Source: Clostridia bacterium (GTDB lineage: Bacteria; Bacillota; Clostridia; Oscillospirales; CAG-272). Taken from it: 64,000 bases of DNA. The notes under the pieces were generated by a model. It was not told the DNA's origin and ran no database searches. It saw only the letters and a list, made by a program, of their open reading frames with translations. Positions 44,016 to 54,525 of this stretch are shown here, in pieces. Location: the NCBI GenBank assembly GCA_017398145.1, contig JAFQHD010000108.1, forward strand, positions 4,456-68,455, written 5' to 3'. The position numbers and the translations under genes are program-made. Numbering within the stretch: position 1 is the first letter of the stretch; every line of letters starts with the position of its first letter.

Positions 44016-45263
44016 ATGGATAAAAGATATCTTAAAAATGTAGGTATATATCTGCTTTCTGCCGTTCTGTCCGTGTTGCTTATAGCATACATAATCTACC
44101 ACCTGGTCAACAGCTTTTCGCAGGACGTAGAAACTATGGCGGCAGACATAGTCACCGTCAGCGAGACCTTCAGCACCGATGCGTATATCTTCCGTGACGA
44201 GAAGGTACTGACTGCAGGTAATGCAGGTACCGTAAACCTTATGTATGACGACGGAACCATGGTGCGCCGAGGTGCGGCGGTGGCAAGTATTTTTTCGGGC
44301 GGCAATACCGACGAGATAAGAGCGCAGGTGCTTGATCTTGAGAGGCAGATATCCATACTTGAGAATTCAAGCATAGCCAAGGATGTTACCCTGTCCGACT
44401 CCACCGTTATCGACAGCCGCATCTCCTCTCTTTACTATACCATGGAATCTAAGCTCAATTCCGGTGACCTTGATTACGTATTCAGACGAAAGGACGAGCT
44501 CCTTACCTTGCTTAACAAGAGACAGCTTCTTCTTAAGGCTGTAGACAGCTTCAATCCTCAGATGGCGGAGCTGCGTAGCCAAAAGGCATCTCTTACCACC
44601 TCTCTGGGCGGTGCATCCGAGACGGTATATACCGATATATCGGGTTATCTCTATTCCGATGTTGACGGATATGAGAGCATATTTACCCTTGAGGCGGGGG
44701 ATACCTTCACCTTGAACGATTTTCACCAAATGACCGAAAAGGAGCCTGCAAGCACCACGGGTGCCGTGGCAAAGATAGTCGCCGACTACAGATGGTATAT
44801 AGCCTGCGAGGTACCCTCGGTACAGCAGCAGTATTACACCGTAGGCAATATGTATACGGTCAGATTCCCCTACAGCGGAGACGAGGAGCTTCCCATGGAG
44901 CTTCACCGTATCGTTACCTCGGGGGAGGAGGACGGTATAGTTCTTGTTTTCTCTACGGGCAGTGTTCCCGAGGGCTTCAACTTCCTTCGTAAGCAGACGG
45001 TGGAGATAGTCCAGCAGTCCTATACGGGCTACCGCGTTCCGGTATCCGCCGTGCGTATAATCGACGAAAAACAGGGCGTTTTCGTTAAGAAGGGCAACCT
45101 TGCGGTGTTCAAACGCATAGAGCCTTTGGTTGAGATAGACGGTTACTTTATCGTTGCCGAGCAGGACAGGCAGGAGGACGAAAACTATGCCGACAAGCTC
45201 GGTATGTACGATCTTATAATCACGAAGGGAAAGAATCTCTATGAAAACAAAATTATCCAGTGA
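44016..45263 (+). CDS. Membrane-anchored HlyD/barrel-sandwich-like protein (415 aa)
   Basis: One N-terminal TM helix, a coiled-coil-like middle and beta-rich ends. Sits at the head of the ylmE-sepF cluster. Confidence 0.55.
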   Translation: MDKRYLKNVGIYLLSAVLSVLLIAYIIYHLVNSFSQDVETMAADIVTVSETFSTDAYIFRDEKVLTAGNAGTVNLMYDDGTMVRRGAAVASIFSGGNTDEIRAQVLDLERQISILENSSIAKDVTLSDSTVIDSRISSLYYTMESKLNSGDLDYVFRRKDELLTLLNKRQLLLKAVDSFNPQMAELRSQKASLTTSLGGASETVYTDISGYLYSDVDGYESIFTLEAGDTFTLNDFHQMTEKEPASTTGAVAKIVADYRWYIACEVPSVQQQYYTVGNMYTVRFPYSGDEELPMELHRIVTSGEEDGIVLVFSTGSVPEGFNFLRKQTVEIVQQSYTGYRVPVSAVRIIDEKQGVFVKKGNLAVFKRIEPLVEIDGYFIVAEQDRQEDENYADKLGMYDLIITKGKNLYENKIIQ

Positions 45264-45957
45264 GTATAAGGCGGCGATAGCCGAGAGCTTAAGCGATATC
45301 AGAAAGCGTATGCGTGATGCAAACGGCAAGGGTCAGGAGGTAACACTTCTCTGTGCTACCAAAACGGTGCCCGTGGAGGTCATAAACTACGCAACACAGG
45401 AGTTAGGTATAACCGACATCGGTGAAAACCGAGTTCAGGAGCTTCTGTCAAAATATGACGAGCTTGAGAAGGAGAATGTCAACGTCCACTTTATCGGCTC
45501 ATTACAGACCAACAAGGTAAAATATATAATCGACAAGGTCTGTATGATACACTCGGTAGATTCTCTTAAGCTTGCCGCCGAGATAGACAGACAAGCCAAG
45601 AAGCATAATAAGGTAATGGATATCCTTGTTGAGATAAACATCGGCGAGGAGGAAAATAAGGGTGGTATCGCTCCCTCGGAGCTTGAAGGATTCCTTGAAA
45701 AACTGACTGCTTTTGAGAATATAAGAGTCCGCGGACTTATGACCATAGCCCCTTTTTGGTGTGAAAAATCCGATTATCAAAAATATTTTACAAAAACATA
45801 TCAATTTTTTATTGACATTTTGCCCAAAAAAATACATAATATATATAAGCCTGTCCTTTCGATGGGTATGAGCGACAGCTTTGAGACGGCTATTGAATGC
45901 GGCTCAACTCTGGTAAGGCTCGGAACTGTGGTCTTCGGCCGCAGAGAATACAAGTAA
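45241..45957 (+). CDS. yggS: YggS/YlmE-family pyridoxal-phosphate homeostasis protein
   Basis: Alanine-racemase N-terminal fold motifs (LLCATKTV, HFIGSLQTNK, SMGMSDSFE). Confidence 0.88.
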   Translation: MKTKLSSEYKAAIAESLSDIRKRMRDANGKGQEVTLLCATKTVPVEVINYATQELGITDIGENRVQELLSKYDELEKENVNVHFIGSLQTNKVKYIIDKVCMIHSVDSLKLAAEIDRQAKKHNKVMDILVEINIGEEENKGGIAPSELEGFLEKLTAFENIRVRGLMTIAPFWCEKSDYQKYFTKTYQFFIDILPKKIHNIYKPVLSMGMSDSFETAIECGSTLVRLGTVVFGRREYK

Positions 45958-46003
45958 GCAATTTCAAAAAAATAAAGTTAAAAGTACATGGAGGTATATT
46001 ACA

Positions 46004-46426
46004 ATGGGATTCATGGATAAGTTCAAGGATATGGTAAATCCTGAAAGAGATTATGAAGAAAACGACGATTACGGCTACGAAGGCGATGATTATGTAACTG
46101 ACGATCAGCCCGCAGCTAACCAGACCTACGGTTCTGCAACAGGCTCCGCACTTGAGCTCAAGGTAGTTCGTCCCGAGCGCTTTGAGGCAGTTACTCAGAT
46201 CGCAGACCATCTTATCAACAACCGCACGGTCGTTCTCAATCTTGAGGCTACCAACAAGGAGACCGCAAGAAGAATGATCGACTTCCTTTCCGGTGTTGCA
46301 TATTCTATCGAGGGTCAGCTCAAGAAGGTTGCCAACAACACCTTCGTTATCACTCCCGGCAATGTTGCAGTTTCCGGCGAGCAGCAGGCTCAGCCCTTTG
46401 CACAGGCAGCTCAGACTGAGTTTTAA
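46004..46426 (+). CDS. sepF: Cell division protein SepF
   Basis: Conserved C-terminal core (VVLNLE...A.R.IDFLSG..Y...G...KV..N.F...P). Confidence 0.88.
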   Translation: MGFMDKFKDMVNPERDYEENDDYGYEGDDYVTDDQPAANQTYGSATGSALELKVVRPERFEAVTQIADHLINNRTVVLNLEATNKETARRMIDFLSGVAYSIEGQLKKVANNTFVITPGNVAVSGEQQAQPFAQAAQTEF

Positions 46427-46514
46427 TCGGCTTTAGTATACTTATATTGGGAGACTGATATTATCAGTCTCCCATAAAGTGTTTTTTAGAGAATATAATA
46501 AAGGGCGTGAAAAG

Positions 46515-46790
46515 ATGTATATTATGGGTTATATCGTCGGTTCTTTGCTTGGAACGGTCATAGATATTCTGCTTGTTATTATGCTTATTTCCGCAGTTAT
46601 GTCATGGATAGCCCCTATGATGGATCATCCTGTGATGAACTTTATAAACGGCATTACGGATGTACTGGTACGTCCTATGAGAAAGCTGCTTATGCGCTTT
46701 GAATTTGTGCGCAGCTTTCCGCTTGATATTTCCTTCTACCTGACCAGCGTGATCCTGGTTCTTCTGCGCTCTCTTTTCAGGTCTTTATGA
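46515..46790 (+). CDS. yggT: YggT/YlmG-family membrane protein
   Basis: ORF 46479..46790. Two TM helices and conserved synteny after sepF. Confidence 0.75.
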   Translation: MYIMGYIVGSLLGTVIDILLVIMLISAVMSWIAPMMDHPVMNFINGITDVLVRPMRKLLMRFEFVRSFPLDISFYLTSVILVLLRSLFRSL

Positions 46791-47542
46791 TAGACAAGCT
46801 TCTTTGTTCACGAATCGACGATATGCTTTTCCGAGCCGAGCGAGGTGAGGCGGCGTACGGCTCATTTCTCAATGAGACCGAGAGAGCCGAGGCAGAGCTT
46901 TATCTCAGAGGCAGAGCACGTGATCTTGCCTTCAGATTTTTCGGCGGATACGAGGATGCCGAGAGAACAAGACTTTTCATCTATCCCGATTACTACGAGT
47001 TCGGGGATATCTGCGACTGCATAAGGGCGGTCGAGATCAGAGGAAGCGGATACGAATCCCTTCGCCATTCATCATTTTTAGGAGCTCTCACCTCCCTCGG
47101 TATCGACAGAGCCAGGATGGGAGATATCGTGATAAGAGAGCATTCGGCGATACTTTTTGCCGACGAGAAGATAGCGGAATTCTTACTTTCCGAGCCTGCG
47201 CCCCTTACGAGGGTAGGCAGAGATACCGTAAGGATATACGAATATGAGGTGCCCGAGGATTTCGGCAATCACAGAGAATACAAGGACGTTTTTGATACCG
47301 TAGCTTCACCCCGTCTTGACTGCGTTGTGTCGGCTCTCATTAATCTGGGCCGTGAGAAGGCGAAGTCGCTTATTATATCGGGACAGGTCATGGTAAACCA
47401 TATCACCGAGGAAAAGACGGATACCGCCGTAGATGTCGGAGATGTGGTAACGGTGCGCTCGTACGGAAAGTTCCGTATAGAGTCGCTTTTTGACAAAACT
47501 AAAAAAGACAGATACAAGCTTATAGCGAAGAAATATATTTAG
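46787..47542 (+). CDS. ylmH: YlmH-like RNA-binding (S4 domain) protein
   Basis: C-terminal S4-like segment (RLDCVVSALINLGREKAKSLIISGQVMVN). Synteny supports the call. Confidence 0.8.
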   Translation: MIDKLLCSRIDDMLFRAERGEAAYGSFLNETERAEAELYLRGRARDLAFRFFGGYEDAERTRLFIYPDYYEFGDICDCIRAVEIRGSGYESLRHSSFLGALTSLGIDRARMGDIVIREHSAILFADEKIAEFLLSEPAPLTRVGRDTVRIYEYEVPEDFGNHREYKDVFDTVASPRLDCVVSALINLGREKAKSLIISGQVMVNHITEEKTDTAVDVGDVVTVRSYGKFRIESLFDKTKKDRYKLIAKKYI

Positions 47543-47564
47543 CGATTATTGAAAGGAGAATGGT

Positions 47565-48302
47565 ATGATACCTCCCCATGAGTTAAAGTCAGTGGAGTTC
47601 ACCCGCGGTATCCGCGGATACAACACACAGGAAGTTGACGATCAGATAGAATATCTGCTGAAGAGCTATACAGAGCTGTACAGACATACAGCCGAGATGG
47701 AAAAGGCGTATACCGAGCTGTACCGCAAGTACAAGGAAGCCACAGCCGACCGCGAAGCGGTGAAGAGCGACCTTATAGATGCCCGTATCGCAGGAGATAA
47801 GATAATCGAAGCCGCCGAGGAAAAGGCTGAGATGATAATACGCGCTACCAAGACTAACTGCGATTATATAATAAACGATTACAGACGCACGGTATCCGAG
47901 GAGCGTGAAAAGCTCTTAAAGATACAGGCGCAGATACAGGTATTCCGTGAAAAGATGATAGAGGAATGCCACGATTACATAGACCGTATCGAGGAGATGA
48001 CAGAGATCTCGGATACCACTCTCTATTATTCCACCGATGACGAGCTGACCGCAAGGGCTCTTGACGAGATCAAGACCGACGTCAGATACGCCATGGTAGG
48101 CAAGGAGCAGCTTGATACCATAAGTGACGAGGATGCAAAGGTGGACCTTGATTGCTTTACCGAGGAGAAGCCTGACGAGCCCGTGCCCGAGGCCACACGC
48201 ACCGATGTGTTCAAGGGATCAAAGGTAGATCTTTCCGAGACAATACAGATGCCGGATAACTATTCGGATCTTTTAAATAAACTTGATGAAAATAGGGGTT
48301 AG
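47565..48302 (+). CDS. divIVA: DivIVA-domain protein
   Basis: N-terminal DivIVA motif (L...EF....RGY...EVD..I) followed by coiled coil. Confidence 0.85.
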   Translation: MIPPHELKSVEFTRGIRGYNTQEVDDQIEYLLKSYTELYRHTAEMEKAYTELYRKYKEATADREAVKSDLIDARIAGDKIIEAAEEKAEMIIRATKTNCDYIINDYRRTVSEEREKLLKIQAQIQVFREKMIEECHDYIDRIEEMTEISDTTLYYSTDDELTARALDEIKTDVRYAMVGKEQLDTISDEDAKVDLDCFTEEKPDEPVPEATRTDVFKGSKVDLSETIQMPDNYSDLLNKLDENRG

Positions 48303-48423
48303 AACCCCTGCCAAACTGCGGCGGCAAGTTGCCGCACCCAAACTATGCTCTGTGATGCAGCAGTATCTGTTGTTTATCACACGGAATAGTATAAATTGAA
48401 AATAACTAAGGAGTAATATAAAA

Positions 48424-51198
48424 ATGGCAATGGATTACACCGAAACATTAAATCTGCCCAAGACCGAGTTTTCGATGAGGGCAAACCTTCCTACCCGTGA
48501 GCCTGATATGCTCTCAGCTATGTATGAGAAGGATCTTTATCACGCAATGCTTAAGAGAAACGAGGGTAAGGAGTCCTTTATCCTTCACGACGGTCCTCCC
48601 TTCTCCAACGGCAATATTCATATGGGTACTGCGCTCAACAAGGTGCTTAAGGACTTTATCGTAAAGTATAAGTCCATGCAGGGCTACTATGCTCCCTATA
48701 TCCCCGGCTGGGACAACCACGGTATGCCTATCGAGAGTGCCATCATCAAGCAGAGTAAGCTTGACAGAAAGAAGATGTCGGTTTCCGACTTCCGCCGTGC
48801 CTGCCACGAGTTTGCAATGAAGTTCGTAGGCATCCAGATGGATTCCTTCAAGCGTCTCGGCGTTCTTGGCGAGTGGGACGATCCCTATCTTACTATGGAT
48901 CCCAAGTTCGAGGCAAGAGAAGTAAGGGTATTCGGCGAGATGTTCAAAAAAGGCTACATCTACAAGGGTCTTAAGCCCGTTTACTGGTGCCCCAACGACG
49001 AGACGGCTCTGGCTGAGGCTGAGATCGAGTACAAGGATGCTCCCTGTACTTCTATCTTCGTCAAGTTCAACGTAACCGACGATAACGGCAAGCTTGCAGG
49101 CATCTGCGACCTTGCAAACACATATTTCATTATCTGGACAACTACTACCTGGACTCTGCCCGGTAACCTTGCTATCGCAGTACATCCCAGAGATACTTAT
49201 GCAGTAGTTAAGGCAGAGAACGGTGAGTGCTACATCGTTGCGGATATGCTTGCTGACAGAACAATGAAGCAGGGCGGTATCGAAAATTACGAGATCATCG
49301 CTACCTTCAAGGGCTCTGAGCTTGAGTATATGCAGACAAAGCACCCCTTCCTTGACAGAAACAGCGTTGTAGTAAACGCTGACTACGTTACTATGGACAG
49401 CGGTACCGGTTGTGTTCATACAGCTCCCGGCTTTGGTGCAGAGGACTATATTACGGGTATGAAGTACAAGATGGATATCATCGTTCCCGTAGACGATCGC
49501 GGTTATCAGACCAAGGATGCAGGTAAGTTTGCAGGTATGCACTACGAAGAATCAAACGTAGCTATCCTTGCCGACCTTAAGGAAACAGGTGCGCTCTTTG
49601 CAAGTGAGGGTGTTGTTCACTCCTATCCTCACTGCTGGAGATGTAAGAAGCCTATCATTTTCCGTGCTACTCCCCAGTGGTTCTGCTCCGTTGATGCCTT
49701 CAAGGATCAGGCTATCAAGGCGGCAGACGACGTACAGTGGATGCCTAAGTGGGGCGAGGACAGAATGAAGTCTATGATCCGTGAGCGTGCAGACTGGTGT
49801 ATCTCCCGTCAGCGTCACTGGGGTCTTCCTATTCCCGTGGTTTACTGTGAAAAGTGCGGTAAGCCCGTATGTACAGACGAAACAATAAATAAGATCGCAG
49901 ATACATTTGCAGCCGAGGGTTCAAACGCATGGTTTGATAAGGAAGCAAGTGAGCTTCTTCCCGAAGGCTTCGTATGTCCCTTCTGCGGTGATAACCACTT
50001 TACCAAGGAGACCGATACCCTTGACGGTTGGTTCGACTCCGGTTCCACACATTTCAGCGTTCTTGAGAACAACGAGGATCACAGATGGCCCTCCGACCTC
50101 TATCTTGAGGGTGCTGACCAGTACAGAGGCTGGTTCCAGTCCTCCCTTCTTACCGCAGTAGGTGCTAAGGGCGAGGGTGCTCCCTACAAGGCAGTTCTCA
50201 CCCACGGCTGGGTTGTTGACGGCGAGGGTAAGGCAATGCATAAGTCCCTCGGTAACGGTGTTGACCCTGCCGACGTTATCAAGAAGTACGGCGCAGACCT
50301 CCTCAGACTCTGGGCAGCTTCCGCTGACTATACCGTTGATGTAAGATGCTCCGACAACATCTTCAAGCAGCTCTCAGAGATCTACCGTAAGATCAGAAAT
50401 ACCGCAAGAATGTTTATGGCTAACATCGGTACTCCCGAGACCGACTTTGATCCCAACAAGGATATGGTCGACGTAAACGAACTTCTTGATATAGACAAGT
50501 GGGCACTTGCCCGTATGAACAAGCTTGTTGCTAATGTAAACAAGGCTTATAATAACTATGAGTTCCATATTCTTTCCCACGATGTTGCAAACTTCTGCAC
50601 CATCGATATGTCCAAGCTTTATATCGATATCGTCAAGGACAGACTCTATGTAGAGCGCAAGGACTCCAAGGAAAGAAGAAGTGCTCAGACCGCTATGTAT
50701 CTTATCCTTAACGCACTTACCCGTATGATCGCTCCTATCCTCTCCTTTACAGCTGATGAGATCTGGGGCTCTATGGCACACGCCGAGGGTGACGACGTAA
50801 GAAGCGCACTTTTAAACGATATGCCCGTATACGAAGAAAAGTACGCGTTTGCCGATATCGAGGCACATTGGAACAAGCTCTTTGATATGCGTGACGACGT
50901 AATGAAGGCGCTTGAGGAAGCAAGAGCAGCTAAGCTTATCGGTAAGTCTCTTGAGGCTAAGATCAAGATCAGTGCTAACGCTGACAAGCTTGCAGTTCTT
51001 CGTAGCTTTGGTGACGAGCTTAAGACCGTATTCATCGTTTCTCAGGTTGAGCTTTGCGAGCATGATGCCGACGAGCTCAAGGTAGAGGTAGCTGTAGCAG
51101 ACGGCGAAAAGTGTGACCGTTGCTGGATGCACTCCACAGACGGTGTTAAGACCGAGGACGGTTATCTGTGCAAGAGATGCGCGGCAATTCTTGGTTAA
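48424..51198 (+). CDS. ileS: Isoleucine--tRNA ligase
   Basis: HIGH-type (PFSNGNIHMGT) and KMSKS-type (KMHKSLGN) motifs, plus a C-terminal zinc-binding CxxC pair. Confidence 0.95.
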   Translation: MAMDYTETLNLPKTEFSMRANLPTREPDMLSAMYEKDLYHAMLKRNEGKESFILHDGPPFSNGNIHMGTALNKVLKDFIVKYKSMQGYYAPYIPGWDNHGMPIESAIIKQSKLDRKKMSVSDFRRACHEFAMKFVGIQMDSFKRLGVLGEWDDPYLTMDPKFEAREVRVFGEMFKKGYIYKGLKPVYWCPNDETALAEAEIEYKDAPCTSIFVKFNVTDDNGKLAGICDLANTYFIIWTTTTWTLPGNLAIAVHPRDTYAVVKAENGECYIVADMLADRTMKQGGIENYEIIATFKGSELEYMQTKHPFLDRNSVVVNADYVTMDSGTGCVHTAPGFGAEDYITGMKYKMDIIVPVDDRGYQTKDAGKFAGMHYEESNVAILADLKETGALFASEGVVHSYPHCWRCKKPIIFRATPQWFCSVDAFKDQAIKAADDVQWMPKWGEDRMKSMIRERADWCISRQRHWGLPIPVVYCEKCGKPVCTDETINKIADTFAAEGSNAWFDKEASELLPEGFVCPFCGDNHFTKETDTLDGWFDSGSTHFSVLENNEDHRWPSDLYLEGADQYRGWFQSSLLTAVGAKGEGAPYKAVLTHGWVVDGEGKAMHKSLGNGVDPADVIKKYGADLLRLWAASADYTVDVRCSDNIFKQLSEIYRKIRNTARMFMANIGTPETDFDPNKDMVDVNELLDIDKWALARMNKLVANVNKAYNNYEFHILSHDVANFCTIDMSKLYIDIVKDRLYVERKDSKERRSAQTAMYLILNALTRMIAPILSFTADEIWGSMAHAEGDDVRSALLNDMPVYEEKYAFADIEAHWNKLFDMRDDVMKALEEARAAKLIGKSLEAKIKISANADKLAVLRSFGDELKTVFIVSQVELCEHDADELKVEVAVADGEKCDRCWMHSTDGVKTEDGYLCKRCAAILG

Positions 51199-51692
51199 AG
51201 GTAGTCTGGCTGGCAGTAATATCGATAGTATGCGTAGTACTTGACCAGCTTACAAAGCTTCTTTGTGTAAAGAATATCGCACTTGGGGATAGCATTACCG
51301 TTATCCCCGGAGTGCTTGATCTCACCTATATACAGAACCGCGGAGCTGCCTTTGGCAGTTTGACGGGCGCCAGATGGGTGTTTATGATAGCGTCTGTTGT
51401 TATGATAGCGCTTATTACCTGTTACGTTATTTCTAACAGAAAGACTATGAGCTATCCCATGGTCATAACTCTCTCGCTTATAGTAGGCGGCGGTATCGGT
51501 AATATGATAGACCGTATAGCCTTAGGCTACGTTATTGACTTTGTGGACGTAAAATTCCTTCCCTTCTGGAAGTGGATATTCAACGTAGCCGACAGCTTTG
51601 TATGTGTAGGTGCATTTCTTCTGGTGATAATCTTTATCGCAGAAGAATATAAAAATAAGAGGAAAAACAACGATGTCACAACTGACCTTTAA
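51177..51692 (+). CDS. lspA: Lipoprotein signal peptidase II
   Basis: ORF 51168..51692. Four TM helices and the motifs NRGAAFG and FNVADS. The start (GTG 51168 or ATG 51177) is uncertain. Confidence 0.88.
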   Translation: MRGNSWLKVVWLAVISIVCVVLDQLTKLLCVKNIALGDSITVIPGVLDLTYIQNRGAAFGSLTGARWVFMIASVVMIALITCYVISNRKTMSYPMVITLSLIVGGGIGNMIDRIALGYVIDFVDVKFLPFWKWIFNVADSFVCVGAFLLVIIFIAEEYKNKRKNNDVTTDL

Positions 51693-52608
51693 GGCTGAAC
51701 AAGCTGATATCGGTAAGCGTATAGACGTATTTGTGGCGGAACGGGCAGGACTTACCCGTTCCGCTTCTCAAAAGGTTCTGGCGGACGGCGGTATAACCGT
51801 CAACCAGCGACCTATAAAGAAAAACTATAAAATTGCAGAAAATGATATTGTAGAGGTGGAGCTGCCCGAGCCTACCGAGCTTGACTGTATCCCAGAGGAT
51901 ATTCCGGTAGATATCGTATACGAGGACGAGCATTTAGCCGTAGTCAACAAGCCCAAGGGAATGGTGGTTCATCCCGCACCGGGAAATCACACGGGAACTC
52001 TGGTAAACGCTCTGCTTTATCATATGAAGGGCAGACTTTCCTCTATCAACGGTGTTATCCGACCCGGTATCGTCCACCGTATCGACAAGAACACAAGCGG
52101 ACTTCTTATGATAGCAAAGACCAACGAAGCTCATCTCGGTCTTGCCGAGCAGATAAAGGAGCATAGCTTTGAGCGAGTCTACGAGGCGATACTCGTGGGC
52201 AACCTCAAGGATGACGAGGGGACTATAGATGCTCCCATAGGACGTCATCCCGAGGATAGAAAAAAGATGGCTATAGTCAAGGACGGACGCGATGCCGTGA
52301 CCCATTATAGAGTACTTGAGCGTTTTTCCGGCTTCTGCCATGTAGAGTTAAAGCTCGAGACAGGCAGAACACATCAGATAAGAGTTCACTCCAAAAGTGT
52401 GGGACACCCTGTTTTAGGCGATACTCTCTACGGAGCAGGCAAGACCAAATTTGAATTACAAAATAAGAGTATAGTTGAGGAGCAGACCCTTCATGCAAGG
52501 ACGGTTGGCTTTGTTCACCCCATCACGGGTGAGAGCCTTTCCTTCACAAGCGATCTGCCCGAATATTTTGATACATTACTGACAAAATTAAGAAAAATGG
52601 AGGGTTAA
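51673..52608 (+). CDS. rluD: RluA-family 23S rRNA pseudouridine synthase (RluD-like)
   Basis: N-terminal S4 domain, catalytic HRIDKNTSGLL and the RTHQIRVH motif. Confidence 0.9.
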   Translation: MSQLTFKAEQADIGKRIDVFVAERAGLTRSASQKVLADGGITVNQRPIKKNYKIAENDIVEVELPEPTELDCIPEDIPVDIVYEDEHLAVVNKPKGMVVHPAPGNHTGTLVNALLYHMKGRLSSINGVIRPGIVHRIDKNTSGLLMIAKTNEAHLGLAEQIKEHSFERVYEAILVGNLKDDEGTIDAPIGRHPEDRKKMAIVKDGRDAVTHYRVLERFSGFCHVELKLETGRTHQIRVHSKSVGHPVLGDTLYGAGKTKFELQNKSIVEEQTLHARTVGFVHPITGESLSFTSDLPEYFDTLLTKLRKMEG

Positions 52609-52611
52609 ATA

Positions 52612-54525
52612 ATGGAAAAAGAAAAGTTTTATATAACCACCGCCATAGCTTACGCATCCCGTAAGCCCCACATCGGTAATACCTACGAGGTAATAATGAC
52701 CGATGCTATTGCAAGATACAAGAGAATGATGGGATATGACGTATTCTTCCTTACAGGTACAGACGAACACGGCCAGAAGATCGAGGATCTGGCAAAGGAA
52801 GCAGGAATTGAGCCTCAGGCGTACGTTGACGGCGTTGCCGCTACCATCAAGGATATCTGGGATATGGTGGGTGCAAGCTACGACCACTTTATCCGTACCA
52901 CCGACGATTATCACGAAAAGGTAGTACAGAATATCTTTAAGAAGCTCTATGATCAGGGCGATATCTATAAGAGCGAATACGAGGGCTGGTACTGTGTACC
53001 CTGTGAGTCCTTCTTTACCGATACACAGATAGTAGACGGCAAGTGTCCCGACTGCGGAAGACCTGTAGAGCGTACCAAGGAGGAGGCTTACTTCTTCAAG
53101 ATGAGTGCTTATCAGGACAGACTTATGAAGCACATTGAGGAAAACCCCGGCTTCATCGAGCCCGAATCCCGCAAGAAGGAAATGGTAAATAACTTCCTCA
53201 AGGCAGGCCTTCAGGACCTCTGTGTTTCCAGAACCAGCTTCAAGTGGGGAGTTCCCGTTACCTTTGACGATAAGCACGTTATCTACGTTTGGATAGATGC
53301 GCTTTCAAACTATATCACCGCCCTTGGCTATGACGTGGACGAAAAAGGCGAGCTTTATTCCAAGTATTGGCCTGCCGACGTTCATATCATCGGTAAGGAT
53401 ATTCTCCGCTTCCATACCATATACTGGCCTATTATCCTTATGGCTCTGGGTGAACCTCTGCCCAAAAAGGTATTCGGCCATCCCTGGCTGCTCTTCGGTA
53501 CAGACAAGATGAGTAAGAGTAAGGGTAATACTATCTACGCAGATGATCTTGTAAAGCGCTTCGGTGTTGACGGTACACGTCACTACGTGCTTTCCGAGAT
53601 GCCCTATAACTCTGACGGTTCCATCACCTACGAGAACCTTATCGCACGATATAACAGCGACCTTGCAAACAACCTCGGCAACCTTGTCAACCGTACTATT
53701 GCCATGACCAAGAAGTACTTTGACGGTATCGTACCTGCAAGAGGCGAGGTAACCGATCTTGACCGCGAGCTTATCGCCGCAGTTGAAGAAGGCAAAGCGC
53801 AGATGTGCAAGAATATGGATGAATACCGTATTGCAGATGCGGTTGACGCAGTGTTTACCGCACTTCGCCGTGCCAATAAATATATCGACGAGACCACACC
53901 CTGGATACTTGCAAAGAACGAATCTGACAAGCCCAGACTTGGCTCAGTAATGTATAATCTCCTTGAGTCTATCCGTGTGTGCGCTAACCTCCTTTATCCC
54001 TTCCTTCCCGAGACCAGTGAGAAGATACTTTGTCAGCTCAATACCGAGTGCAAGTCCCTTGAGTACGGCAATCTCGAAGAGGGCAAGGCTGTAGGCGAAG
54101 CACAGATGCTCTTTGCAAGAATAGACGAGGCAAAGATGCTTGCTGAGATCGAAGAAGAGCTTAAGGCAAACGAGCCTGTAGCTGTAGAAAAGCCCGAGGG
54201 TCTTGCCATCATCGGTTTTGATGACTTCCAGAAGGTAGAGCTTCGTACTGCTCAGGTAGTAGAAGCCGAGCCCATTCCCAAGGCAAAGAAATTATTAAAG
54301 CTTCAGCTTGATCTCGGTTACGAAAAGAGACAGGTGGTTTCAGGTATTGCCAAGTTCTACAAGCCCGAGGACATTATCGGTAAGAAGGTGGTTATGGTTG
54401 CCAACCTTAAGCCCGCCAAGCTCTGCGGAGTAGAATCTAACGGTATGATCCTTGCAAGCGGCGAGGAGACCATCCGCGTGGTATTCCTTGATCCAGAGAC
54501 CCCCAACGGAGAAAGAGTTTGCTAA
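52612..54525 (+). CDS. metG: Methionine--tRNA ligase with a C-terminal tRNA-binding (EMAP/Trbp111-like) domain
   Basis: HIGN (class I HIGH variant), KMSKSKGN and a CPxC...CPDC zinc knuckle. Confidence 0.95.
   Translation: MEKEKFYITTAIAYASRKPHIGNTYEVIMTDAIARYKRMMGYDVFFLTGTDEHGQKIEDLAKEAGIEPQAYVDGVAATIKDIWDMVGASYDHFIRTTDDYHEKVVQNIFKKLYDQGDIYKSEYEGWYCVPCESFFTDTQIVDGKCPDCGRPVERTKEEAYFFKMSAYQDRLMKHIEENPGFIEPESRKKEMVNNFLKAGLQDLCVSRTSFKWGVPVTFDDKHVIYVWIDALSNYITALGYDVDEKGELYSKYWPADVHIIGKDILRFHTIYWPIILMALGEPLPKKVFGHPWLLFGTDKMSKSKGNTIYADDLVKRFGVDGTRHYVLSEMPYNSDGSITYENLIARYNSDLANNLGNLVNRTIAMTKKYFDGIVPARGEVTDLDRELIAAVEEGKAQMCKNMDEYRIADAVDAVFTALRRANKYIDETTPWILAKNESDKPRLGSVMYNLLESIRVCANLLYPFLPETSEKILCQLNTECKSLEYGNLEEGKAVGEAQMLFARIDEAKMLAEIEEELKANEPVAVEKPEGLAIIGFDDFQKVELRTAQVVEAEPIPKAKKLLKLQLDLGYEKRQVVSGIAKFYKPEDIIGKKVVMVANLKPAKLCGVESNGMILASGEETIRVVFLDPETPNGERVC

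Noticed and set aside
48303-48423. T-box leaders upstream of ileS (also argS at 4145-4221 and metG at 52609-52611)
   Set aside because: The intergenic regions are about 120, about 75 and 3 nt long, too short for a T-box riboswitch. I could not find the conserved T-box sequence or a specifier-loop/antiterminator arrangement.
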